From Rotaria magnacalcarata (taxonomy: Eukaryota): a stretch of DNA of 32,000 nt. A model generated the notes under the pieces. The model had not been told where the DNA came from. It made no database searches and was given only the letters and a program-made list of their open reading frames with translations. Below are positions 1 to 11,883 of this stretch, piece by piece (positions within the stretch are counted from its first letter, which is position 1; every line of letters begins with the position of its first letter). The position numbers and the translations under genes are program-made. The stretch is taken from contig CBCPNL020000220.1 of the NCBI GenBank assembly GCA_965120345.2, forward strand, positions 71,340 through 103,339. The letters are read 5' to 3'.

Positions 1-3000
1 GATTGTTTGCTGAAAAGTCTAATTGTTTTCAAATTTATAATTTCATTTGATAAAGTGTGAAAACAAGTTTGTATGAATCCACAATATAAACGGTTTTGAA
101 ATCAATTATGTAATGATGTTTGAGTTCTTTCCCTTTGAAATTGCTAATATAATGTATATTTTCTTTATTTTTTACAATCAAAGGACATCATCAGTAAGAA
201 AAATGATATTAGTAATTAAGATTGAACTATTTGTTATATAATATATTTTATATTCGATTTCGAATCAAGTCTGATGAGCGCCAATGTATCACCTCCTTCT
301 TCGGAAACAAAAATGAAATTTCTATAAAATCTTTAGAGAACGAAAATATATCAAAATGAAAATTTTCTACAGAAGTTCATTTTATTATTTCGTAAAATAT
401 GTTTTTAATTTTATTGTCAAACACTTTTCTTGTTAACATTATAACAATATGTCAAAAAATAAACTAAAAAACAATAAAATGACAATGCGTACAGAATATT
501 TAGTAATAAAAATATAGCCTAAAATCCTTGAGCTATTCAAAAGTATACGTGAAACATTGTGAGGATTTTACTAATTTTGATTTATAATTTTTACTTTATT
601 CTATTTTCAAATTAATTTTTATTCTGAGTGAAATTTAAAAATAAAACAATAACAGTACGAAATATCTTTCTATATTTCGTTTATTTAACTCAATTATCAA
701 TCACATAATTTATTTAGTATTCTATTATATGACTATCCTAAATTTTTTTCTCGAAAATACTACACAATAGTTCCCAAGTCAAAATCGTTACTAATGAATG
801 CTCATACCAAACATAAAAATATTTGTTTAACTCTTCAACAATTACATTGGCTTTCATGTCCCTTTTAACAAGTATACCAAACTAAAGTTCACTTGAAAGT
901 ATTCTTACATTATATTTACTGCGTCAATAGCCATTACAATGTTCTCTTGTAAAAAAAAGAATCATATGTTAATAAGAACCAGTCAATTTATTTCATTCCA
1001 TACAATGGCTTAAATCCGGCAATCTCCATATATTGCATCAATATGTGTGTCGTTTTTCAAAGTTGAGAATTGCTTTTTTTTTGTTGAAGAATTTCTCATC
1101 GATTGCAATGCAACTAGGCATCAGATATTATAATTGAAAATTTAATTTTGGAGAACGTGAGCTGTGAATTATCCAATGTAATTAAATATTATGAAAATCT
1201 TCTAAACATTTTTCTGTCCTATTTATTTTAAATTTTTCAGCAACAATTTGAAGTTAGTTCTGAAACAATATTTTCATGTATCATGAATTACGTTTTTACA
1301 ACTAAATATCGCTTAAGTTTTCAAGCGAGATCATTTTGTTATTCGACCTTAAGAAATAATTGCTGTGAATTCAATCATTTTGTAAAAAATCTCCGGGTTG
1401 AGAATATAGATATTGACAAATCTACGGGATGCTGTAAAAATTACCGCCATATGTGAATTGCCAACTTCTTCAAATAACCTAGTCCTTCCTTAACGAAAAA
1501 AGAGAGTATCGAAAAGCATTGGTAGCCGGAATGAAACTTGATCATCTCGATGCCCAATGAAACTTAATTAGAAGTTAATTGACTCTCTGAGAGTACTACT
1601 CTTGCAAAATACACTATTATGACGCCTTACAGTTCAGGACTCATAGTTTTCCTTGATAGTTATGTGCAATAAAACTCAGTTTAAAATTTTATTGAAAATT
1701 CAATGAAGAATCTTTTGACTAAACACATTAATTCCTGGTAATAAAAAAAGGTTCGTCTTTGATATCAATCTAATTGGTAAAAATTTTTTAAAAATATGAA
1801 ATATAAACGAACAATAATAGCAATACGGTAAAGAAATTTTTTGGTACTTCCGAAAAATATTTTTTAATTATTTTTTTCTTTCTATGAAACGATTCAAGAG
1901 AAGCTCTAATACTAACATTCTACAAATCATTATATTGTAGTGGACTAAATATGCACAATGAACTTTTATAATCATTACATTCACAATGAATATTTTAATA
2001 ATAAAACAAACGTTTGTCGATGTAACTATATAATTGATAAAAAAATCAATCTACCGAAAGAATCGAACTATTGAATTTACATGTTATTAACACTTGAAAT
2101 AATCGTTTGACAAGTAAAACTTATTTTATTGGATTGTTCAATAATTCAATTGACAGCGATTTGTCTTTTTTTATTCATTTTAAGGTAAAAATTTCGAAAG
2201 TTAAAATGAACTATCGGTGATTACAATCCAAGTAACATATTCAATACTCAATAAATCTATATTGAATTGTTTTTAACTAATTCAATTTCTCAATTTATAT
2301 ATCAAACAAATACTAACGTGTTCACTTATTGCATTTTTCAATATTATTTTAACTTTTGTTATTCTAACTTTTATCAGTTGTGATCAAGAGATTCAATAAA
2401 TCGTCTCAAAGTTTACTTCTGTATAACTTCTAAAATCAAATCACATCGTGTTATGATATAATGCTTGTTGTTCTATCATCATGGCATAGATTAGAAATAT
2501 CATAAAAGAATACAGTAAACCACATAGAATTCTTGCGCACCTATATACACTAAATATAACTCAGATTTTTTATCTAAATGGAACATGTTCTTTTCATAGT
2601 TTAACAAATGTAAATAATAACTCTCATCGATTAGACATTTTCTTAAAAATATTTCTCGTTTAATTTTAAACTGAAAACTATACCAAATAATCATACGTAA
2701 CATTCTAATGAGTTTATAAAATACATACAGTAATAAATACACTCTTGAGTATCGTCTTAAACATATTTGCAACTCCATTCAATAGCATTCACTAGCAAGT
2801 CAAACAGATGTGTTTCAAAAAGAAAAGAGAAATCTTTCAATAACTTCACCAATTTAAATATCTTTCTCTAATAAATGAAATAATAATAGAATACAGTCTG
2901 TAATTAGTTTCATTATATTTTTCACTGACGTGCGAAATTTCCTATAAATTGAACGAATTAATTATATATTTGCTGATAGAACTTATTCTTTAAAAATTAC

Positions 3001-6000
3001 GAACTATCAATATTAAACCAGAAACAATTAAATAGTCTGGATGATATCTTTTAAGAATTCACTTGCGGTGTTGTTTATTTTTTTAAATGAATATCGTATT
3101 ATAGTTTGTTCTGCGAGTTAATCCATATATTTTCTGACTTGTACATCTACATGTAAACTACAGGCATTTTTTTATAGAAAGTATTGAATAAACAAATATC
3201 ATTCTTAAAAGACTCAACTCGAGAATTTTTCGAAAAGAAAAGGCGCATAGTCGAATATTGCTAATCGATTAAATACGAATTCGATAAAAATAACTTCAAG
3301 GTTGAAAGACTAAAAGAAAACAGAAGAGTCTTTTATGATTGATACTACTATTGAAATGACAAAAACGTATCGATGCAAATATGTATTTCTTTTGTTAGTT
3401 TTCACTTAAATTTTGAAATGAAAACAAAATATATAAAATCTGCTATTCTCATTGTTTATTTATTTTTCTAGCAAAGAATTCTAAATGTTGTTTCATCATT
3501 CAATAAATGATTTCGCTTTTAGATTTTATAAGAATATTGCGAAGAAAAATTCAACAGTAACAAAAGAAGTGGAAAGATATATTTAACTTTTATTCATTTA
3601 ATCACGATTGAATCGTCATTTTTCGTAACATAGAAATACATCACTTGATTAAGTTATTGTCATCGTGTCCTTACATCTGGTCAACATTTTTTCTATATTT
3701 AATTGAAATAAAAAAAGTGATATATTCAATAAGCAATAAACGTTGCTCTCTTTTTTGTTAACTACAATATTAAATTACATAATTTGTTTTACATTATCAA
3801 CTAAAAGACATGAAAAGTAAATTTCATAATTTTTTTATCACCATAGCAAAAAAACTTATTTGATTAAGAACTATAACTATGGAACCTAGAAAACAAGAAA
3901 TATAACTTGATTGTAGAGATTTTTGCAATGTTATCCAATGCAATATCTTTCTTTAACATGCATAACAAATCAAGTATTACTCGAGGCGATACTTTTTTCA
4001 TCCGTACTCGATGAATGTCGATTATTCTTTTGATGATCAAAAATAAATAGAAGCCACTGGTTGACTATGAAAAGCAATTTTAAAATACTGTTTGTTAAAT
4101 TCCGAGATAATTCAAACCGGTCTGCAATTAAGTGACTTTCATAGTATGTGCAAAACTGAAAAAGATTTGAAATTGCAACTGATTATGCTAATTATTATTT
4201 ACATCCGTTTCTAGGTAGAACATTATATAGTTTTTCAAAAATTTAAACAAATAAAACTTATTTAGTTGCATGCTAATATGGAAGTCGATTATTTCCAGTT
4301 TAATCAAACTTTCGTTTATTAATACTCTTACTTAATATCATGAATTGATTAGAATAATGCATTATAATGAAAATTTTCTGTATGATAATCGTTATTACTG
4401 CATCTTAGGTATCATAAATGTTCGAACTAACTTATGATTATTTTGATATTACATAGCGTATATAACATTCCAAAAAGCATGAAATTGAACTGACTATTCA
4501 AAAATTTTGGATTATTTTTCAATTTGAAATGAACGAAATGTTTCTGTTTTACTTTTTATTATTTCAATAAAAGATTCAAAGAATTTCTTTTTCAAATAAT
4601 CTATTCAAGGACACATTAATTTCTCTAATCACTGATAAATGGATATCGATTAGTATTATTAATTACAAGTACAATTTTTTTCCTATATGTCAAGCCAAAT
4701 ATGAATGCATGCTCAGTCTCGTTACTTTATTATTCAATCAGTAAGTCTATTGTCAAATTCGATTAGAACAGTTGATTGCTTCTTTGTAAATAGTTCATGT
4801 TTGATCAACGACATATGTCTTAGGTAGTAAATGAAAAATTCAAATTGACATCGAAATGCAAATTTAAAAGAAAACGACACAATCATAGAATACTGCTAGT
4901 ATTGAATACTAGCAAATATGTTCTCAATCCAAGACTAAGTTGAACAGAAAAATATTATATTAATAATCTTTGCTAATAAAGAAAATCGAAGTGATCTTAC
5001 TGAAAATTCATTGAATCGTCGAAAGATTAAATAGAAACCTTTTCAGTTCATTAAGATGATGATGTGTTATGAAATCTCTACCTTTTTTTCGTCAAAATTA
5101 ATTGAACTGTTCCATTTTCTTCATTGTGGTAGAGTTCATCTTCATCCTCATCTTATTATTTACTATTGTCTTATCAATCGTCACCCTTACCAAACGGGAT
5201 TAGTTATGTGAATCAAGATCTCTTTTTTCTTCGCTCTTTCTTATCAACATCTTTGTCAGTAAAAGATGCGATGACTAACGATTTTATACATCTTACACAA
5301 GACATAAACGCGACAACGCCATTAAATAAGAAAGATATACGTGCTTTCGACACGAACAATCATCTTTAACTATTGTGAACTAGTAGGTAAGCGATATCTT
5401 TTTAGTTCTCATTTTCTTATCGCACCATGATCGATGCCTTGTAAAATCTTTGTGATATAATTAAATATATATTAACTAAAATTATTCATGAATAATTAGG
5501 AGAAACAACAAGATCATTAAATTGTATTGCTCTAAATAACATCTATACAAAGAACAATTATCTTTATTTTTCGCCGATGAAATCCGATTGATAATACATT
5601 CTTTGATGGTTTGTTTTTGCCAAGAAGAAGAATCTGCTTTTTTTTAAGCATACACATATCCTTTCATATTGACTGTCACTGTACGACAATAATATTTTGA
5701 TTAAGAAATATTTCGAAGCTTTTTTGTGTGCACTTCGTTCTATTTCGTTTTTTTTTTAATTCAAGACTGTCAAGTTTAGCTCTTTTTTTTCTAATATGAA
5801 AAGGTTTGTGCGCCAGTTAAAGAAACAAATTGTTTTTGTTTTTTTACAGAATCTATAAGAAAAAATGAGAAAAAAGAGAAGAGTCAATTACACCTAAGGC
5901 GTAGCATGTGACGATGATGAGGATGGTAGGAAGAAGAATAAGAAGCAACAGCACCAGCAACAGCAATAACAACAGCAGCCGTCTCTCTCTTTTTATGTAT

Positions 6001-6054
6001 AAATATATAAATACGTGTTAGCTCTGTTCCTCACATCCTCATCATCATCGGCAA

Positions 6055-6055
<1 letters not shown>

Positions 6056-6090
<35 letters not shown>
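6056..6090. repeat. (GA)n microsatellite
   Basis: Direct reading: agagaaagagagagagagagagagagagagagagg. Confidence 0.95.
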
Positions 6091-6092
<2 letters not shown>

Positions 6093-6190
6093 GAGAGAAA
6101 GCCGAGAAAAATTATTATGCATTGTTTTTTCCTCTTCTTATTCTGAAATCATCAACAACATCGATCGATCGCATATATAGCTATATATAT

Positions 6191-6220
6191 ACACACAAAC
6201 ACACACACACACACACACAC
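6191..6220. repeat. (AC)n microsatellite
   Basis: Direct reading: acacacaaacacacacacacacacacacac. Confidence 0.95.
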
Positions 6221-6315
6221 GAGTTTAGTTACCTACTGGCAAAAACAGAAAAAAAAGACGAATAACCGCTTGATTATCTATTTTATTCGTGCGCACAAAT
6301 AAGAAAACAAGCCTC

Positions 6316-6454
6316 ATGGCCTCTAGCACAACAATGAACCCCTATCGAGCACATGATTCAACTGTGTCAGTTTATCAAGTTCCAGAATTTGTTGTTGGCG
6401 GTGAAAAAATGCTTTATCATGCATTATATGGAAATGAAGCGTATGCAAAACTTC
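6316..6454 (+). CDS. Probable first coding exon of the EF-hand gene (MASSTTMNPYRAHDSTVSVYQVPEFVVGGEKMLYHALYGNEAYAKL)
   Basis: An ATG at 6316 opens a 46-codon stretch with non-AT-biased, protein-like composition. It ends at a strong donor (C|GTAAGT, GT at 6455-6456) in phase 1. The acceptor at 10854-10855 (tgctAG|cc) also needs phase 1, so joining gives ..AKL-P-HQEQDW.. The full model 6316-11583 then totals 702 nt (233 aa plus stop). The link rests only on phase compatibility and the lack of convincing exons in between; a one-in-three chance match cannot be excluded. Confidence 0.45.
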
Positions 6455-7695
6455 GTAAGTTTTTATCTGACGTTTCTCTTCGTTATTTTCTTTTCCGATA
6501 AGATTTTTAAGAAAAAGTATTAGTAATGTTTAACCTGTTCTTTTAAAATCGATCAGTATTTACTCAGAAGCTCAGAAATGAACAAGAAGCACGTTTTCTT
6601 ATCGAACTAATTCCTTTTTTTCGGCCTTCAATAATGATTTGTCTTAGATGAACGTGTTTAATTGTTAAGTAATGAAGTGTGCGTGTTCGAAAACAGCTGT
6701 CCTTCAAGAATGATGAGATGTATCATGATCATGCATCTGTTGCTACCCATCATCATTATCACTACCTAAACAGACAATATATTCGTATCGATTTCAAGGA
6801 TTTTTCATTTTATATTCGCATTCTAATTGACAGCTGACGCATGCTTTCTCTTTTCAACTATTTTTTTGTTATTCGTTATTATATCTGGTAACACGAACAA
6901 TAATCAGAAAAGTCCAAAAGAAAAAAAATAAAGAATTAACATAAGTAAATAATCTTCTCATACTACAAAATATAAGCATCGTGTTCTTCTGTACGTATTC
7001 ATCTCAAATTTGATTACGCACAACAACAAAAACATAAGAGAGGTGTTTTTGTGTTGTCGATTGTGATTACAAATGCCGATTAAATTACTTCAATGACAGA
7101 CACGTCATACACACGATGACTTTTTGATTACCATCAACACGCGTTGTCCGTTTCTTTTCTAGCAAGTACCATCAATTATTAAATATTATTCGAAATGGAT
7201 CAATAATGATCCAATTGAATAGCTAGTCAAGGTTTTTCCTTTTGCTTTCTGTTAATGTTTCTAGTATAACTTAATAGTGTTAATCGATCCTTTATATAAG
7301 GTGTATGTGTATATTCATGTTTAGTCAAGGACGATAACATCAATATGACTATTCGTTACTTTATTGATAACCCATAGTTGGTTTTCATGTTCTACACAAT
7401 ATCTAGATGTTGTATTGACAAGTTTTCTTTTCCTATCGTATCATGCAATCATCAATGTTGCACTTTGTTTGATAACCTATTGAAGGCAATTATTATACCG
7501 CATCCCATAGTATGTTACTGTCTATCTCGACTTTTTCCAATCAATTATTTTTGTAGATAAAATCGAAGAAGAGTAAAACGAAATATTTATTAATTATTAA
7601 CGAGGTGTATGTGTTTATGTCTTAGAATGGAGTGCATTGAATATGTCAAGGTGATTGTTGTATATGAGTAACTGAGCAAATATGGCTGAAAACGG

Positions 7696-7731
7696 TAATA
7701 ATAATAATAATAATATAATAATAATAATAAT
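7696..7731. repeat. (TAA)n microsatellite
   Basis: Direct reading: taataataataataataatataataataataataat. Confidence 0.9.
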
Positions 7732-8012
7732 GACATTAGCGATATTGAATATTTTTGAGAAGCGAGAATAAAAAAGAATTACTGGTAAGAAAGGAAAGAA
7801 ACAAGGTGGTCTTAGCAATCCAAATGCGATTCAACGATGTGATGTTATTATTATTTTTAAAAAAATTGTTTTTTTCTCTTTATGCTTTTTTTAAAGCAAT
7901 CAATTGCACGTCAAATAAACGGAAGAAAATAAATGTTGTTTCATGTACTGCTAGAGCTTGTTAACCAATTATTTTGATCATTTAAATATTAGTTACGAGT
8001 TGGAAATTACCA

Positions 8013-8036
8013 ATATATATATATATATATATATAT
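8013..8036. repeat. (AT)n microsatellite
   Basis: Direct reading: 12 AT units. Confidence 0.95.
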
Positions 8037-8297
8037 TTAAAATTTCAATGAAGATCAATAAAAGTAATAATTACACATCTAACTAAAGTTGATGTTCCTG
8101 AATCAGATTATTATTTTTTTTTATTAGATGAATAAGTATTGTCACGTATTGTAGATTGATCATATTCAAATTCCTTATCGTCTATATACATCAATTTTAT
8201 TTTTACTCGTCTCGCCGATATTTATCTGCAGGATATATTAGCTCGCAATAGTTATGACAACACTCTTCTTTCTTTATCATTGTTCTTTTACCTCTCT

Positions 8298-8330
<33 letters not shown>

Positions 8331-8332
8331 GC
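8298..8332. repeat. Compound (TA)n(TATG)n microsatellite
   Basis: Direct reading: tatatatatatatatatatatgtatgtatgtatgc. Confidence 0.9.
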
Positions 8333-9192
8333 ATATCTCATAGATTCGAGTATCAATAGAAATCTTTGTCACTGATGAGAAAATAAGACAAAGAAAACTA
8401 AATTAGTCGAACATCATTTTCTTTAGGTCGTGATGAGCTTTGTCTGAAGAGTAATACATATAGATGTTTATTCTGCCATCACACATGATCATTAGTTTAC
8501 TAAATCGGACAACGACAAAGTGAAGAGTAAATATGCATTGCTACTCCTTCACACTTAGTACTAGTACATAAGAGACGCCCACAAGTGTGTAAACGTTGAA
8601 CTAAACAGGATGAACAATATGGCAATAAGAAAAGATTTTTTTAATACAAAGAGAGAAGGACTCAAATAAAGAACATTAAATGATACACACTAAAAAGGTT
8701 AATACATTAGATTCATCTCGGCTTGATAGAGTATGTGGGTGGTCTGACCATATCAATTAGCATCATAGGTAACTCTCTTCTCCTCTCTATCGATAATTAT
8801 GTGCCTATTAGCATATGCAAAAAAGAAGAGATGAGAGGACTTCTCTCTGTCCCTCTCTTCACCTCGATATCGAGTTGAAAAGTTCACAGAGAAGTGCGCA
8901 CATATACATATATCATTGATAGTATGTCTATGTGTGCTTCTTTTCATCGATTATCTTTATTATTTGGCAAGTTCAATGTTTCGATTATTTTATTATTCGC
9001 TAATTTAGTTGAATTCAAATAATCATATCGGTATGACCTTTCCATTACTGCCAACTTGTATCCATTTGACAATCTTTTATTGTCGGTTGTCATGCCAAAA
9101 AAGAAATGTATGGTGTAATATCTGAGTCAAGACGCGACCATAGAAAAGAACACAAATATGAACGGACTGGGCAGAGCATAACGGGCCAGAGC

Positions 9193-9230
9193 AGAGAGAG
9201 AGAGAGACAGAGAGAGAGAGAGAAAGAAGA
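9193..9230. repeat. (GA)n microsatellite, interrupted
   Basis: Direct reading: agagagagagagagacagagagagagagagaaagaaga. Confidence 0.9.
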
Positions 9231-9610
9231 GGATTTTTTATTCTGCATGTATATAAATTGAAGTGCGTGCAGACAAAGTCGTATATGTTATTGGTAGTAA
9301 GGAGCAATATTGGTAACTAGAAGACTACAACTAAGCTAGGTGATTTACTACTAGAAAGGAGTGGTAAGTCGTATTAATGACATAAATAATCTTTTCTTCC
9401 ATACATAGATTTCACAACAAAAATTGTCTCTAAACTTAGGAGTGAAAAGTAGAAAGAAAGCAATTTCTTTTTTTCGAAGTTTTACATTTATTAAGCTGAC
9501 CTTTCAAAAGATATGTATTTCACATATCATGTTATGAAACTGAGCTCTTTCTCTCCCTATGGCTCTCGTTTTTTTTTTCTAATGATGATAATCATCATAA
9601 AGGTAATGGA

Positions 9611-9734
9611 GTGAGAAAAAGAAAAAAGAAAGAAAAAACGCAATAAGACCAAGAAATGGAGGTTTCGTGTCATTCCATTTCATTTCTTTTTTTAGGTCCT
9701 TCTTGATTCTTTTCTTTTTTTCTTTCTTCTTTCG
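9611..9734. repeat. Long imperfect palindrome: polypurine arm followed by polypyrimidine arm
   Basis: The left arm (9611-9660) is gtgagaaaaagaaaaaagaaagaaaaaacgcaataagaccaagaaatgga. A 13-nt spacer follows. The right arm (9674-9734) is tccatttcatttctttttttaggtccttcttgattcttttctttttttctttcttctttcg, an imperfect reverse complement of the left arm. Confidence 0.7.
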
Positions 9735-9943
9735 ATTACAGTAGATTGGTGTCCGAAAAAGAGTGTGCTTAAGCTTTTTTTCGTCTCTTTCTCTCCTTGA
9801 ATTAAGTTTTTCTTTTAGGTGTAGCCTAAAAAAATCGAGAATACCGCAAATCATCCAATTCAGTGCACTATGATGAATATACAAACATACTTGAGAGAAC
9901 GAGTGCGCTTACCTGTTTAAAAATTCCAAATATTGAATATGCA

Positions 9944-9983
9944 TTTCTTTCTCCCTCCCTCTCTCTCTATTTCTCTCTTTTTC
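9944..9983. repeat. (CT)n-rich polypyrimidine tract
   Basis: Direct reading: tttctttctccctccctctctctctatttctctctttttc. Confidence 0.85.
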
Positions 9984-10126
9984 GTGTCTGTTGAATGATG
10001 CAATCGTGAACTCAGGGAAAGCGAACGAAAACGAGACAAAGCAAAAGGGAAGAATTGAAAATTCGTCGTAGTCGAACCACTTCCATCAACACAGGCATTG
10101 AATTGCATTCATATTTTCTTTTTTAC

Positions 10127-10150
10127 CTTTCCTCTCTCTCTCTCCTTCTC
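10127..10150. repeat. (CT)n microsatellite
   Basis: Direct reading: ctttcctctctctctctccttctc. Confidence 0.85.
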
Positions 10151-10436
10151 GTTGTGTCTTCAGTTACATATACACTACCTTTTTTTTGCTTGCTTGGCTT
10201 GTGTGTCGTCGCCGCTTCGTTTGTGTATGTGTGATGCCATGAGTTGCAAGAACGAGTACGGCCTGTTTTTTTCTTCTTCTTCTTCATCGACGCAATCGTC
10301 GATAGTTTGGTCGTAACAACAAACGGTCGGTATACGGAACATATCTTATTCAATGGAGTATCACCATCCACCCGTGATTATTTCAACGACACCCAACAAT
10401 GTCCTCGGTGTGTAGTTCATATCTATGTATCTGTCA

Positions 10437-10440
<4 letters not shown>

Positions 10441-10473
<33 letters not shown>
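10441..10473. repeat. (AT)n microsatellite
   Basis: Direct reading: a run of about 16 AT units. Confidence 0.95.
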
Positions 10474-10474
<1 letters not shown>

Positions 10475-10786
10475 TATATATAGATAAATATACTTAAGCG
10501 AACGTCAAGGTTTACTAACAGGATTATGAACTTGTCTTCTAAGCGAGTATGAATAACCTTCAATATAAACGACAGTCGTATGCTTTGTAAAGGATTGTGT
10601 TGTAGCTATAAAAAGAAAAATGAATTTATAATAGACACAAGAGTTTTTCAAGAGACCTCTATTCTTCTTTTCTTTTCTTTTTCATCAGCGGAAAAATTAA
10701 AAAGAAAAAGACAAGAAAAGCTCTTTCTGACCTATAAAATCAATTTCTTTTTGATTTTCCTTATCAAATTGACCTTATCCTATCGT

Positions 10787-10814
10787 AAATAAAATAAAAT
10801 AAAATAAAATAAAA
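10787..10814. repeat. (AAAAT)n pentanucleotide microsatellite
   Basis: Direct reading: aaataaaataaaataaaataaaataaaa. It lies about 40 nt upstream of the exon-2 acceptor of the EF-hand gene. Confidence 0.9.
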
Positions 10815-10855
10815 GGAAAAAAAGAACCCTTCTATATATCTATTATCTATGCTAG

Positions 10856-11583
10856 CCCATCAAGAACAAGATTGGAAGATCATGCAAGTAATCAATAATA
10901 AAATTCGCGATGATATTGTTAAAAAATATGCTCAATATACAAAACGTGTTAATGGTGAAATGATTAAAGGTATAAAATAAACAAACTTAAAAAAAAGAAG
11001 TATTTATTTTAAATTTAGTGATGTATGAGTGGTTTGAGCGCGGTGATCGTCGAAATCGTCAACAAACCTCGTACGATATACACGCAGATAAACATTTTCG
11101 TCTTGAAATAAGTAAAGATACATTTGAACAATTTAATGATCGATTACCACGTATGATTAAAATTTTTTTTTCTTTTTATTCAAATAATAAGGTTTTTCGT
11201 CTCTCTATTAGATGTACGACGATTAACATTTGAACAATTTTGCGAATTATTAGCGCCAATTATTACAGGTCAATATAATGATTATCAACTACGACGAACA
11301 TTTGAAACATTAGATTCTGATAATGATAATTATTTAAATCAACAAGAAATAGAAAACTTACTTATTGTTGTCGGTCGATCAGAATCAAATTATAAAATAT
11401 CAGATATGATTGGACGTTTGACAACACGTAAAAAACTTAGTTTCGAAGGTAAAAATTACATTTTGTGTTGTTTGTGCAATTTGTTGTTGTTTTTTCTTCA
11501 AAGATTTCAAGCAATTTATTAACAATGGCTTTGCTCGCGAATTATTAATGCCCTCATGTAATAATGGATATGGAAATCGTTAA
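10856..11583 (+). CDS. EF-hand calcium-binding domain protein, coding exons 2-5 (core of the gene)
   Basis: Exons 10856-10969, 11019-11150, 11212-11448 and 11504-11583 (TAA stop at 11581-11583). They are joined by GT..AG introns of 49, 61 and 55 nt, all in phase 1. Translation: (P)[198 protein letters not shown] (11313-11348) is a canonical 12-residue EF-hand loop (D1, D3, D5, E12). An internal in-frame ATG at 10882 could serve as the start codon if the upstream exon is not used. I do not recognise the exact family. Confidence 0.85.
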
Positions 11584-11864
11584 GCGAAAAATCTCGAATG
11601 CTATTTTTTTAAATTCTATGTATATGTATACGCATGCAGCCAAAAAACCGATCTTTTTTCTTTTTCGCTTTGTCTCGTAGTGTTCGTTTTTTTCTCGAAG
11701 CTTCTTCTCTATCTTCTTAATTTGCTTGTTTTTTTCTTCTGGAATGTCTGTCAGATTGTTTTCGATTTTATTGGGCATAGGGACAGATCTGAGACACATC
11801 CCGCTTACCTTCCAACATTCTCGGTGAAACTATCATTCATGCGTATCTCTATATATTCTATATA

Positions 11865-11883
11865 CATATATATATATATATAT
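11865..11883. repeat. (TA)n microsatellite
   Basis: Direct reading. It lies about 280 nt downstream of the EF-hand gene stop codon. Confidence 0.85.

Larger units (their letters stand above)
5900..6315 (+). promoter_or_regulatory. Putative promoter / 5' UTR region of the EF-hand gene
   Basis: This region lies immediately upstream of the ATG at 6316 and is less AT-rich than the surrounding sequence. It contains TATAAA at 5998-6003, an imperfect CAG/CAA-type run at about 5931-5980, (GA)n at 6056-6090 and (AC)n at 6191-6220. No transcription start site can be determined from sequence alone, and TATA-like strings are common in AT-rich DNA. Confidence 0.3.

Noticed and set aside
2500-2778. Isolated desert ORFs (2500..2778, 12525..12719, 12793..12987, 19760..19942, 22131..22391, 22302..22505, 23017..23220, 25700..25888).
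   Set aside because: They are short, with Ile/Phe/Leu/Lys/Asn-dominated composition as expected from AT-rich non-coding DNA. They have no flanking splice signals that extend the frames and no recognisable motifs.
5166-5369. Plus-strand 67-aa ORF upstream of the EF-hand promoter. A possible short acidic minus-strand terminal exon (DEDEDELYHNEENGTVQLILTKKR*) also lies around 5085-5160.
   Set aside because: The plus ORF begins with TTG and has no ATG or splice support. The minus-strand fragment is only about 25 codons, with a weak acceptor and no identifiable upstream exons. The region is less AT-rich than the desert and may be transcribed, but I cannot support a CDS.
8753-10483. Cluster of overlapping track ORFs on both strands (8753..8947, 9077..9307, 9579..9884, 9917..10108, 10098..10316, 10123..10371, 10244..10483).
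   Set aside because: Their translations are low-complexity runs (SLSLS, KKEKKK, FFFFF, YIYIYI) produced by GA/CT/TA microsatellites and polypurine tracts. They overlap one another in several frames and lack splice-site support.
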